Below are positions 26,946 through 37,514 of a stretch of 37,514 nt of DNA, piece by piece. The notes under the pieces were generated by a model. The model was given only the letters and a program-made list of their open reading frames with translations, was not told where the DNA came from and did not search any database. Both the position numbers and the translations under genes were made by a program. Position 1 is the first letter of the stretch. Every line of letters starts with the position of its first letter. Where the stretch lies: positions 1 to 37,514 of the forward strand of contig NW_021826230.1 of the NCBI RefSeq assembly GCF_006345805.1. The letters are read 5' to 3'. The stretch is from Octopus sinensis (taxonomy: Eukaryota).

Positions 26946-27290
26946 GCCAAAGGATATTTGTTGTTTTTCTTTTGTTGTGATACTAAATAATGGTCACATG
27001 ATCTGGGTTGTTATTTTCAAGTCAGTTGAAGAAGAGTAGCCACCATGATCGACCCTCTTCGGGTCTTCGATATATCTAGAAGAAAAGTAGGAAAGAAAAG
27101 GAGTTGTCTTTATGGGGAAATCCAGTTACAGATTTTACAGTTGAGAAGAGCCCCTTTAAATACACACAAGGCACAGGTGAAGGGGATAAGACTGAGCTTC
27201 AGATTAAGTTATCATTAAGAAAGAGGCATAAATATATTTTGTGATTCGGTTTCCATGCAGTTTGTGTCAACAATATTTCACCAACATTAA

Positions 27291-27687
27291 GGCGGCGAGC
27301 TGGCAGAGGCGTTAGCACCCTGGGTGAAACGCACAGCGGTATTTCGTCTGCCGCTACGTTCTGAGTTCAAATTCCGCCGAGGTCGACTTTGCCTTTTATC
27401 CTTTCGGGGTCGATATATTAAGTACGAGTTACGCACTGGGGTCGATATAATCGACTTAATTCGTTTGTCTGTCCTTGTTTGTCCCCTCTGTGTTTAGCCC
27501 CTTGTGGGTAATAAAGAAATAGGTATTTCGTCTATCATTACGTTGTGAGTTCAAATTCCGCCGTTGTCGACTTTACCTTTCATCCTTTTGGGGTCGATAA
27601 AATAAGTACCAGTGAAACAGTGGGGTCGATGTAACCGACTAGTCCCCTCCCCCGAAAGTGCTATCCTTCTACCAAAATTTTGAAACC
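27291..27687 (+). mobile_element. SINE family 1 dimer: full tail-A copy + headless tail-C copy
   Basis: GGTATTTCG at 27338 and 27522 (184 bp); junction AATAAAGAAATA|GGTATTTCG. Confidence 0.95.
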
Positions 27688-28019
27688 AGTATTCCAGCAG
27701 AAGCCATTTGTCGATTCGCCGCTACAACACAACCCAAACGCCCCTTCACTACTTGTTTAATGTCCCCTATTTGATGTCCCCTTCACGACCTGTTGTGGGT
27801 TCAATGCCTGACTCGTTCAAAGGCCTGGTCGGAGGGAATACAATTAGATTCTCCTTTCCCTGTTCACTTTATTCTTTACCTACACCTTTTAACATTTTGG
27901 GAGCCCATTTGCTCTTTCTTTTATCGCTTAGTCTTTAATCTGTTGTCTTTTCTTTCAAATAATGAACTGCTGAGATGCTGGGGCAGCGACCTGAAAGCTG
28001 GAAGCTGAAAAAATTGGTC

Positions 28020-28140
28020 CCACGACTTGCAGGGTTTCATTCACTGCTGAGGCGACCGGAACGGTCTGAAATGTAGTGTTTTGCTCCCGAACACAACACA
28101 TCGACCGATACGGGAATCGAAACTACAACCTTACAATCGA
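28020..28140 (-). mobile_element. SINE family 3 fragment
   Basis: Minus strand GTAGTTTCGATTCCCG...TGTGTTCGGGAGCAAAACACT, related to 4381-4480. Confidence 0.65.
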
Positions 28141-28446
28141 CCCCAGGACTTATAAGTTTCGTACTTATTCTAGAGTTTGCTTTTGCAGAACTGCCGTTTT
28201 GTGGGGACGTAAACAAACCAAAGCCGATTGTCAAGAGGTGATGAGAGGGATACAAGCACAGACACACACACACACCACACACACATATATACAGCATGGG
28301 CTTCCTCACTGTTTCCGTCTAGGAATTTCATTCACAAGGCATTTCTCGGCTAAGGTCTGTAGAAGTCACTTGGCCATGGGGCCGCACAGTACGCTTTAAC
28401 CTGAAACCCTGCGGTTGCAAAGCCAGCTTCTTAAGTGTACAGCCAT
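28141..28446 (-). mobile_element. SINE family 2, diverged, 3'-truncated
   Basis: Colinear with the head-proximal part of 26167-26610, including the internal CA/TA run. Confidence 0.75.
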
Positions 28447-28753
28447 CAATTTATGCCATAACTTCCGATTCCGTGTACACAAAGTGAGAGCAAATGGCGA
28501 AATAAATCAGCGAGCGAGTCGTCTTCGAAAAAAAAATACAAAATCAAATAACGTAAGAACTTCTGATGATTTAATTGAAAATCTGAAGAGAACAATTTTG
28601 AAAAAGTCTTCGCAGTGTAAAACCTGCTGGACATTACGCGTGCTGCCATTTTGTCTTGTTTAACTTTAAAATGCAAACGTACTTACGCGGTCAATATGGT
28701 GGGCAGTGAGGAAGAGAGACAGAGTGGGGGAGACATAGTGGCTGAGTATGAAG

Positions 28754-28754
<1 letters not shown>

Positions 28755-28797
<43 letters not shown>

Positions 28798-29200
28798 CAA
28801 ATTTGGGCAAAAAGAAATAGAGGAAAAAGAAATGAAAGAGAAAAGAAAGAGGGAAAGGAAGAGGTTGTTGGGAAAAACAAAAGACGGACAATGGCAGTGA
28901 GAGAACAACCGATTGATAGAGAGAAGGAAAGAGATGCAGAGAAGGAATAAGAGAAGAGTGATAAGTAAATATAGAAGGGGAAGAAGAGAGAGAGAATTTA
29001 AGAGAGAGGAAGGAAATAGAATGTATGAGAGAGAGAGAGAGAGAGCGAAAGAAATGCAAAGACGGATGAAGGGGTAGAGAAATAAAGAAAGAGAAAGGGG
29101 AAAAACAAAATGAAAATAACAGTAAAAGTGAAGTATAAAAAAATATAGGAAAAGAGAAAGAGAGAGTGAGGGTGAGAGAGAAAGGAATCAGGGAAGAGCG
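28755..29200. repeat. Purine-rich (GA)n/GAAA low-complexity tract
   Basis: Directly visible. Confidence 0.9.
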
Positions 29201-29549
29201 AATTTCGAATCATAATATTCTTTTCTAACTTTCTTCTCCAATGAGAAGAAAGAGAATTTTTTTTTAATATTGTTATGTTCCTTTTTTTTTTTCATTCTCT
29301 GCAATGAAAAGATTTTCCCCGAAAAGTTTCATATTTCGTAGCGTTTCCTTACCGCGATCAATGGAAGCCATTTTGTTTCTTCAGAATTCTCTTCGTCTAT
29401 TGACACCCGTTTCAGCCGCCTTTCCTTGCCCCCACCCAACCCACAGAATATGATCACTCTTACTAATATGGGTAGGAAGTTAGAATTTAGAAGAATAAAG
29501 ACAAAGGGAATTGATTGATACATTAAAATGATACTTTGGAAAAGTGTAT

Positions 29550-29564
<15 letters not shown>

Positions 29565-29580
<16 letters not shown>

Positions 29581-29606
29581 AATGTATAAATGTATGTGTG
29601 TGTGTA

Positions 29607-29641
<35 letters not shown>

Positions 29642-29941
29642 TATTATATCATGGAGACTAACAGTGAGAGCGTGGTGAAAGTAATTTGAGATTTTCGAAG
29701 AATGGAGGTGTGTCTGTGAGTTCAGTGGGGTGTATAATATGAAGTTGAATGTATGTTTGAATTTAGAAAGATGCGGAGAGGGAGGGAGGGAAATTGTATG
29801 TTTTTATACGTGTGTGCAATGTGTGTGTGGCTGTGTGTGGTGTGTGGTGTGTGTGTGTGTTGTGTGTGTGTGCTTAATTTCAGTCAGGGTGATATATATA
29901 TTAATAGATAGATAGAGGAGAAGACAGACAGACAGACTGAC

Positions 29942-30008
<67 letters not shown>

Positions 30009-30881
30009 CAGATAGACAGACAACCAGACAGAGAGATAGATAGACAGATATATTTTATGGGTACAAGAGAGTGCTTGTGCGTGAAGGAGATCGTGCTGGA
30101 TACCTGTGTGCATAGGAGCGTATTTTGCATTTAAGAGACAGACCGACAGACCGACGGGCGGACAGATTAGTTGGCGGGTGTTTTTGTATGTTTGCATGTA
30201 TGTGTAAGTGTATGCGCATGAGTGCGCGCGTGCACTTTTTAATATAAGTGTAAAACACAAAGAAATATTTCTCCATTAAACACGAGAATTTCAGGTGAAA
30301 GAATAACGTTTAATACATTTTTCTTTGAAATTCGGTGACGAACGGTTTAAAGTATGATTTCCAGTAACCCATCATTATTGCATGAAATAGGAACTTCTCG
30401 TCCCTTCTTCGAATATGTATATGGAAGAAAGAAAGAAAGAAACTATACATCGAACAAAACCAACAACAAAACAAGCAAGGTTAGATAGAAAAAGGAATTG
30501 AAAGTGAGAGACAACAGAGGCAGAGAGAGAGAGAAAATATAAAGCTTAAGAAATTGTGAAGTAGAAAGGAAAAGAGTTTGCGACATGGGAAGAGGCGAAA
30601 ATGTGAGGTGAAATATGGAGGAGGACATTTTGAAATGATGCGGCGGATGGAGGACAAGCAACATTATAAAGGATGATATTAATGTTTTAAAAGGAAGATA
30701 ACTATAAGTTCTAAAAGGAACAGATTCAACAATTTCTCATATATCCTTATATGTTGTGTATGTGTGTACATGTATATGCATGCTTTTGTATATATCTCTA
30801 TTATATATATTATATATATATATATATGTATTATGCATATACATATATATATATAAATGTATAAATGTATGTGTGTGTGTA

Positions 30882-30924
<43 letters not shown>

Positions 30925-31092
30925 TGGAGACTAACAGTGAGAGCGTGGTGAAGTAATTGAGATTTTCGAAGAATGGAGGTGTGTCTGTGAGTTCAGTGGG
31001 GTTATAATATGAAGTTGAATGTATGTTTGAATTAGAAAGATGCGGAGAGGGAGGGAGGGAAATTGTATGTTTTTATACGTGTGTGCAATGTG

Positions 31093-31123
<31 letters not shown>

Positions 31124-31210
31124 TGTGTGTGTGTGTGTGTGCTTAATTTCAGTCAGGGTGATATATATATTAATAGATAGATAGAGAGACAGACAGACAG
31201 ACAGACTGAC

Positions 31211-31277
<67 letters not shown>

Positions 31278-32066
31278 CAGATAGACAGACAACCAGACAG
31301 AGAGATAGATAGACAGATATTTTAGGGTACAAGAGAGTGCTTGTGCGTGAAGGAGGAGATCGTGCTGGATACCTGTGTGCATAGGAGCGTATTTTGCATT
31401 TAAGAGACAGACCGACAGACCGACGGGCGGACAGATTAGTTGGCGGGTGTTTTTGTATGTTTGCATGTATGTGTAAGTGTATGCGCATGAGTGCGCGCGT
31501 GCACTTTTTAATATAAGTGTAAAACACAAAGAAATATTTCTCCATTAAACACGAGAATTTCAGGTGAAAGAATAACGTTTAATACATTTTTCTTTGAAAT
31601 TCGGTGACGAACGGTTTAAAGTATGATTTCCAGTAACCCATCATTATTGCATGAAATAGAACTTCTCGTCCCTCTTCGAATATGTATATGGAAGAAAGAA
31701 AGAAAGAAACTATATACATCGAACAAACCAACAACCAAAACAGCAAGGTTAGATAGAAAAAGGAATTGAAAGTGAGAGACAACAGAGGCAGAGAGAGAGA
31801 GAAAATATAAAGCTTAAGAAATTGTGAAGTAGAAAGGAAAAGAGTTTGCGACATGGGAAGAGGCGAAAATGTGAGGTGAAATATGGAGGAGGACATTTTG
31901 AAATGATGCGGCGGATGGAGGACAAGCAACATTATAAAGGATGATATTAAATGTTTTAAGGAAGATAACTATAAGTTCTAAAAGGAACAGATTCAACAAT
32001 TTCTCATATATCCTTATATGTGTGTGTATGTGTGTACATGTATATGCATGCTTTTGTATATATCTC

Positions 32067-32107
<41 letters not shown>

Positions 32108-32125
32108 CATATACATATATATATA
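29565..32125 (+). repeat. Near-identical tandem duplication, unit about 1.27 kb (29565-30840 / 30841-32125)
   Basis: CATGGAGACTAACAG at 29650 and 30923; duplicated ORFs in the track (30055/31153, 30443/31579). Confidence 0.96.
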
Positions 32126-32393
32126 TATATATACATATACATACATACACACACAGACACACACACACACACAAGCACACACACACATACACACACACAT
32201 ATATATATTAGTTTTAATATCTGTCTAAGAAATCAACGCTGTGGTTGTTCTGACAAGTAATATTCGTGTCCATGTTAAAGTGGTTACTCATATTATTTAC
32301 GTAGATCATAGATATACAAACATGCTTGTGTGCAAACACATCATATGTTAGTACATGTATAGAACATGCAGATATATAGATAGATAGATATGT

Positions 32394-32426
<33 letters not shown>

Positions 32427-32847
32427 TCTGTGTGTCTGTCTGTGTGTGTGTGTGTTTACTTTCTTTTAGAAAGAGGAATAATAGAGCTCAATATAGATGA
32501 GTGTATATGAGAATTATTGACTGAGATTCTACAGGAATGGCTCGAGTTTTGTCCCACAACCCTTAGTAAACACACACACTGTCGCACACACACACACACG
32601 CACACACTCACAAACAAACACACACATATACTTTATAAGCTCTCAGGTAGTACACCTGGCTAACAATATCGTTTAGATTAGTAAAGAACCGTGCATTCTT
32701 GTGACAGGGTTCCAGGTTATTGTTCGTCACCATTCCATGTTGTACATCCAGGGCCGTGTTCCCAGTTATACTGATTTTGTTTTACACCAAGTGATACACA
32801 AGACAAGGCATCAAAAATAGAACAACAACAACAACAACAACAACCAC

Positions 32848-32878
<31 letters not shown>

Positions 32879-32879
<1 letters not shown>

Positions 32880-33318
32880 TTTTTTATTAACCACAAAGGT
32901 GTACAGTAAGAAAGTGGACAAAACAAAGTGTGTGTGTGTGTGTATGTGTGTGGGTGTGCGTGGTTGTGAGGGTTTTGCGTGTCAACAAGGCTAACAGAAT
33001 TTTCTTTAAATGTGTGATCCTGAATTGGGAGGAGACGTTAGAGGGCTGCTCATGGAAACATCCCATTAAAAACTTTGCTGACCCTGACCTTTGGGGCAGG
33101 TGCCTTTATTCTTTCCTGTTTTCCAACTACAGGTGTACGCTTAGGGCAGGACCATTCACTCACACCATTCTCACCACTTTCATAGATCTTTCAATAGACT
33201 GGTTACAAGACAACACTTCCCTCTTAACCATTATATTCCTTTTCAAGTGAAACTTGAAGAAGTTCATTAAGGATTGGCCAAAGAGAAAAGTGTTTGTCTT
33301 CAACCCCTTCATACCCAG
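32879..33318 (-). mobile_element. 5'-truncated L1/Tx1-like LINE: ORF2 end + 3' UTR
   Basis: LGMKGLKTNTFLFGQSLMNFFKFHLKRNIMVKREVLS...VNGPALSVHL*; terminus CCTTTGTGGTTAATAAAAAAT then (TTA)n(TTG)n. Confidence 0.85.
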
Positions 33319-33387
33319 CAAAATTAAATGTGAGTGTTCATAATAAAAATAATTGTTATTGTTATTATTATTATTATTATTATTATT

Positions 33388-33857
33388 GAGTGAGAGAGCA
33401 GTTCATGCCATCAAAGTGACACTGGGGTAAAATATACGAAGCCCAATATACCCATCATGACTACCCGTCTGATCAGGGTACACCAGGCACATGCATCACA
33501 ACCATATGGTGATCTCATATCAAGATAAACAGCACATGACCTTGCAGGTGGGGCCCAGTTAGAATTTTCTTCAGGTTGAGTAGCCCATCCTACTCAAAAG
33601 GTCCCTGAATAAGGGTTGTTTAAGGATGTTGAAAGAACCACCCTTGTTTCCAGAGGTGAATTATTCAAACCCCAAAGAATCCCTCTCAACACATGACTAT
33701 GATGCTCTCCCACTACTTCTGTTCGTGATCAGAGATGCACATATTGTTGACCACTAAGGGACATGCTCACCTGGTTAAGGTCAAGCAACTGACCAGCAAA
33801 TCTGTGGTATTGAGCAGAATATTTGCTGTAGCCCATCTTTTATACCAAGACAAAACA
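33388..33857 (-). mobile_element. Non-coding 470-bp retroelement fragment (LINE 3' UTR or SINE-like) inside (TAT)n
   Basis: Sharp edges with (TAT)n on both sides; minus strand ends CTGCTCTCTCACTC-(AAT)n. Confidence 0.65.
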
Positions 33858-33870
33858 ATTATTATTATTA

Positions 33871-33918
<48 letters not shown>

Positions 33919-34249
33919 CATAATATATGTTCGGATATGAAAAGGAAGCAGCGCTAGTGTAATAAACATTATCAATCACATATACTTAACATATAATATG
34001 CATCATCTATTTGCGAGGAGGCTGCGATTTGGTGAGGTGAAGAATACTTTCTCCAAACGCCAGATGTTAAAACAGCTGAAGGCCATGGTCAAGTGAGGCA
34101 ACCCACCTCCATTTCCACGTAAGAGTGTTGGACGCTGGTGTGACGCCATTTGTGGCTTATCGTAAACCAATAACGCAGGGAAAATACGTTTCTTTTACTG
34201 TTTCTTTGAATTCGAAATTTTCTGACACAGGAATAGCTTTCAAGGGTGA

Positions 34250-34960
34250 TACAGTGAACAGTCTTCTAGTTAGCGTGTGGAAATGGCTTCATTTTTGCCT
34301 CGTCAAGACATTTGTTAGTTTGGTCAGTATGTGTTTCTTTTCATAATTTTCGCCGATGCAAAGATTGCAGCAGCCATCATTTTCATTGTATGGTTTGGCT
34401 TTTTCGACGACCCTCAACTCTGTAATGGCAACGTTAATCCTCCTGTGGTTTTTATATTCCACTAGAGTTAAACTTGTCGCCGAATCTGGCAGAATGGACA
34501 GTGCTGTATCTATCATGTTTCTGTTAATCTCATATACGCTATTCAATTCTGTCTATATTCTTTGAACAGGTCTATACACCAGCACCTTCGGTAGGCATCT
34601 TGTATCAATGGGACAATTACATTTTATTCACTGATTCTATGATTTTATTACATTTTTTTCTCTTTTTGTGTTGGTTCTATTTTTAAAATGTACAATCGCA
34701 TTCAATGTGATTTTATAGAAATTTTGTGATATCTTGCGACAGCAAAGGTTTCCTAAAGACGCTGGTCGATAGGTTTGTCCTATATTGCAATAAAGAAAAA
34801 AATACCTCTTAATTCTATTTTAATGGTTTTCGTACAGGTTTTTCTTGCTCAGTTTTTCTATAAAACTCTTTCGTGCTGCGTTGTAACCTGTTTTAGTAGG
34901 GAGAAGTCAAGTAGTATTAAACATTTCCATATCGGATTATGGATTTGATATTTTCTAATA
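34250..34960 (-). mobile_element. Decayed Penelope-like element, linker + GIY-YIG endonuclease region
   Basis: NIGQT...RYHKI, CNCPIDTRCLPKVLVYRPV, RVVEKAKPYNENDGCCNLCIGENY on minus strand. Confidence 0.85.
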
Positions 34961-35302
34961 TTAAACGTGTTAAGTTTTATGTTGTGTTGGGTTGGGACGG
35001 AGTTAGGGACTTTGTTGATGTATAAGGTCTCTCTCTTTCTCTCTCTCCTTTTCTCTCCCCACCTTTCTCTCTCTCATACAGACACATGCATACAAACCAC
35101 TTCCTTAACACTTTAAAAAACCCATCATCAACATCGACAAATGCCCTTAACTCTATCGTGTCCATCATTGCCATCGTCACAACCAACATCTTCATAATCC
35201 CCGTCTCCACCATATTCTTTATACTTTTCACACACACCATCACCACCACTACCTCTAACACCACCACAACATCCACCACCATCGTAGCCATATTCATATA
35301 TG

Positions 35303-36089
35303 CCGTATATACTCGAGTAATAGTTGATCTCATGTAAAAGTCGACCCCTATTTTTGACCAAGATATTGGGAAATTTCTATACACCCCGTATAAAATTCGA
35401 CCCGAGTATTTCACGAACAACAGGACAACATTTGTGGGCCAAGGTACCGTTTTATCCTCTACGAAGAAATAACACTGTTAGAAAATCGTCTGATCTACTC
35501 TAAAAGGGGGGATGCTTGATGCTTATAATGCAACGCTCGATACTTATAGTAAAGCACCATTTAATAGCGAGCACTACGCATCTGTTGATGGGTGCTACAC
35601 CCCCCATCAACACCTAAAATGTATGCACAGGATATACTGCAAACATATTTCTATTTCACTTCTGCGACCTCCATTTCATTGGCATTGGTCAATTTTTCAA
35701 GGGCAAACAGAAACCACGTCTTACATGATCTCTTCTTCCACCATAATTCACATCCAAGTACCACTCTCAAAATCCTCGCTGTCCTCAATAGAGCGCTTTT
35801 TCTGAGCATATGCTACGCCATATCAGTCCCAAGATGTCCAACTACCGAGATTACAGTTACTTCTTTCATTCCCCACATTCATGCAATTTCATCTTTTAGT
35901 GGCTTGTATCATCATCATTATCATCATCATCATCATCATCAGCTGAGCTTCTGCTGCTGATGCGGTACTTCGGATTCCGGCTTGAATTTCAGCCCCTCAA
36001 AGTAGTATCCATGTAATTAATAGTCGACTCCATAAATTTGACCTTAAGAAATGGTCCAGAAAATTCGACATTAACACGAGTATATACGG
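35303..36089. mobile_element. Non-autonomous pogo/Tigger-like DNA transposon
   Basis: 13-bp perfect TIR CCGTATATACTCG, imperfect to about 25 bp; right flank TA, left TG; subterminal TCGAC repeats at both ends. Confidence 0.85.
35700..35910 (-). mobile_element. R4/Dong-like ORF 3' tip nested in the DNA transposon
   Basis: YKPLKDEIA*MWGMKEVTVISVVGHLG...LRKSALLRTARILRVVL; adjacent (CAT)n at 35909-35940. Confidence 0.8.
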
Positions 36090-37074
36090 TAGTTATGTCT
36101 ATTTTACAAACCCTTTGTCTATTCGTCCCTTAACGTATAAAGGAATTACACTTTTTTTATTAATTAGCCTTTCGAGTGTGTTCTAACGGAACAAAATGCG
36201 TTGGAACCAGAGTTTTTAATGAAATATAATAATACTAAATCCGAGCATTTTGATTTCTTGAATTTGGTGGCTTTAACATTATTCGAACCGGTGAACGCAC
36301 GACTTATAGACATAGAAACAGATGAACGCATATGTGTCTATGAACAATACAAATGTTTTTCTGAACGGGTGAGAGAGAGAAATCATGTGAAGAGAATTTT
36401 TGAACCAAAATCGTGAACGACTCTCGCGCTTTTTACTTCATTGTACGTAAATAAATAAAAAAAAGTAGAAGAAAAATTACCAGAAAGAAAGAAAGAACGG
36501 CAGGAAGAAAGAAATTGATGAAAAGAGAGAGAGAGAGAGAGGGGAGGAGATAAAGCAAGAAATTCTAAATAAAACGGAAAACAATGGAGGCAACGAAGCA
36601 GGATGAATATATATGAGCTGAAAGATTAGAGGTCTTGTTTTTATAAATAGTGTTAGAGACGGGGATATATCGAGTAATTTTTAAGGAAGAAGAGACTTAA
36701 TATTCTGAGAAATATGACCTCCCATCTTGATCAAATTTTGCCTGATTCATGCGAGAAGAAAAAAGCAAAAGAAAAATGGAGCAGAGGGAGGACGGTGGAG
36801 AAAATGGTAAACTGGAGAAAGTGATAAAAGTTTGAATCAAAGAAAAGCAGAAAGCAGGAATAATAAAATATGGAGAAGGTGAGAGAATAAAAGTTTTTTT
36901 TTCTTCTTTCAAATGGAGTTTAGTAGAATGAGGAGGACTGAGATAAAGAATGGTTTTAACTGCAGAAAGTCAGCGTTCAATGAAACAGGATCGTCGCCTT
37001 CATTAGATTTCGACTACGAAAATAACTGAAACAAGTAGTCGGGGAGGGAGGTAAGTGGGGATTGTAGAGAGGCA

Positions 37075-37157
37075 GATGATAGAGAGAGAGGGGAGAGAGA
37101 GAGAGAGAGAGTAATTATAATGGGGAGGAGGAGAGTAACGAACATGATCATATGTAG

Positions 37158-37227
<70 letters not shown>

Positions 37228-37230
37228 CAA
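37075..37230. repeat. (GA)n, (GAAA)n, (GATA)n
   Basis: Directly visible. Confidence 0.92.
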
Positions 37231-37514
37231 ACGGATGGGAAGAATTAGAGGAGAGAAAAACTGTGTATGTATGTGTGTGGGTGGGTGGGTGTGTTGAGAG
37301 AGAGAAAAAGAGAGACTCACAGTGGGTAAAAGAAAAGAAGAAAAGTAAAGAATATTACAAGATGTGTTATTTTAAAAAGAGAACTCAATACTCTAACACA
37401 TGCGCAAGTATCTTCCCTCCTTTGAGAAGACGAAAATATAAGATAAAAGGCAAAGGTAACAAAAGTGAGACAAGAAGAGAGGGAGAGAAGGAAAAAGGGA
37501 GAAATAAAGATTAA

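Noticed and set aside
28681-28745. Minus-strand mini-exon ending at GTAAGT
   Set aside because: Splice-like motifs next to a CT tract are expected by chance; no coding support
33387-33857. Solo LTR (TG...CA with ATTAT duplication)
   Set aside because: The terminal T, A and the TSD can all come from the flanking (TAT)n; the shared 3' terminus with 11013 fits a non-LTR element better
33920-34290. Hammerhead in the Penelope 3' region
   Set aside because: No CUGANGA...GAAA core found by eye on the element strand

Overview
Repeat-saturated, AT-rich eukaryotic DNA (intron or intergenic) with no host gene, RNA gene or CRISPR array that I can support. The SINE families and extreme microsatellite load point to an octopus genome (inference from recalled families, not a database hit). 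Nearly all ORFs in the track are translations of microsatellites. Content: about 25 copies or fragments of three tRNA-derived SINE families; decayed non-LTR retrotransposons (three L1/Tx1-like, five R4/Dong-like restriction-like-endonuclease (RLE) clade, one Penelope); a pogo-type non-autonomous DNA transposon with both TIRs; a probable hAT relic; a ~1.27 kb tandem duplication that may be an assembly artefact; an old inverted duplication. Best candidate for an undescribed system: a SINE subfamily whose 3' tail matches the 3' end of the L1/Tx1-like LINE, with all 4 copies fused to a headless copy of its own family at fixed positions in the head (3 at one base, 184-bp period). This suggests a self-targeting SINE driven by a sequence-specific LINE. 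All family calls come from manual translation and alignment by eye; boundaries of decayed elements are approximate.
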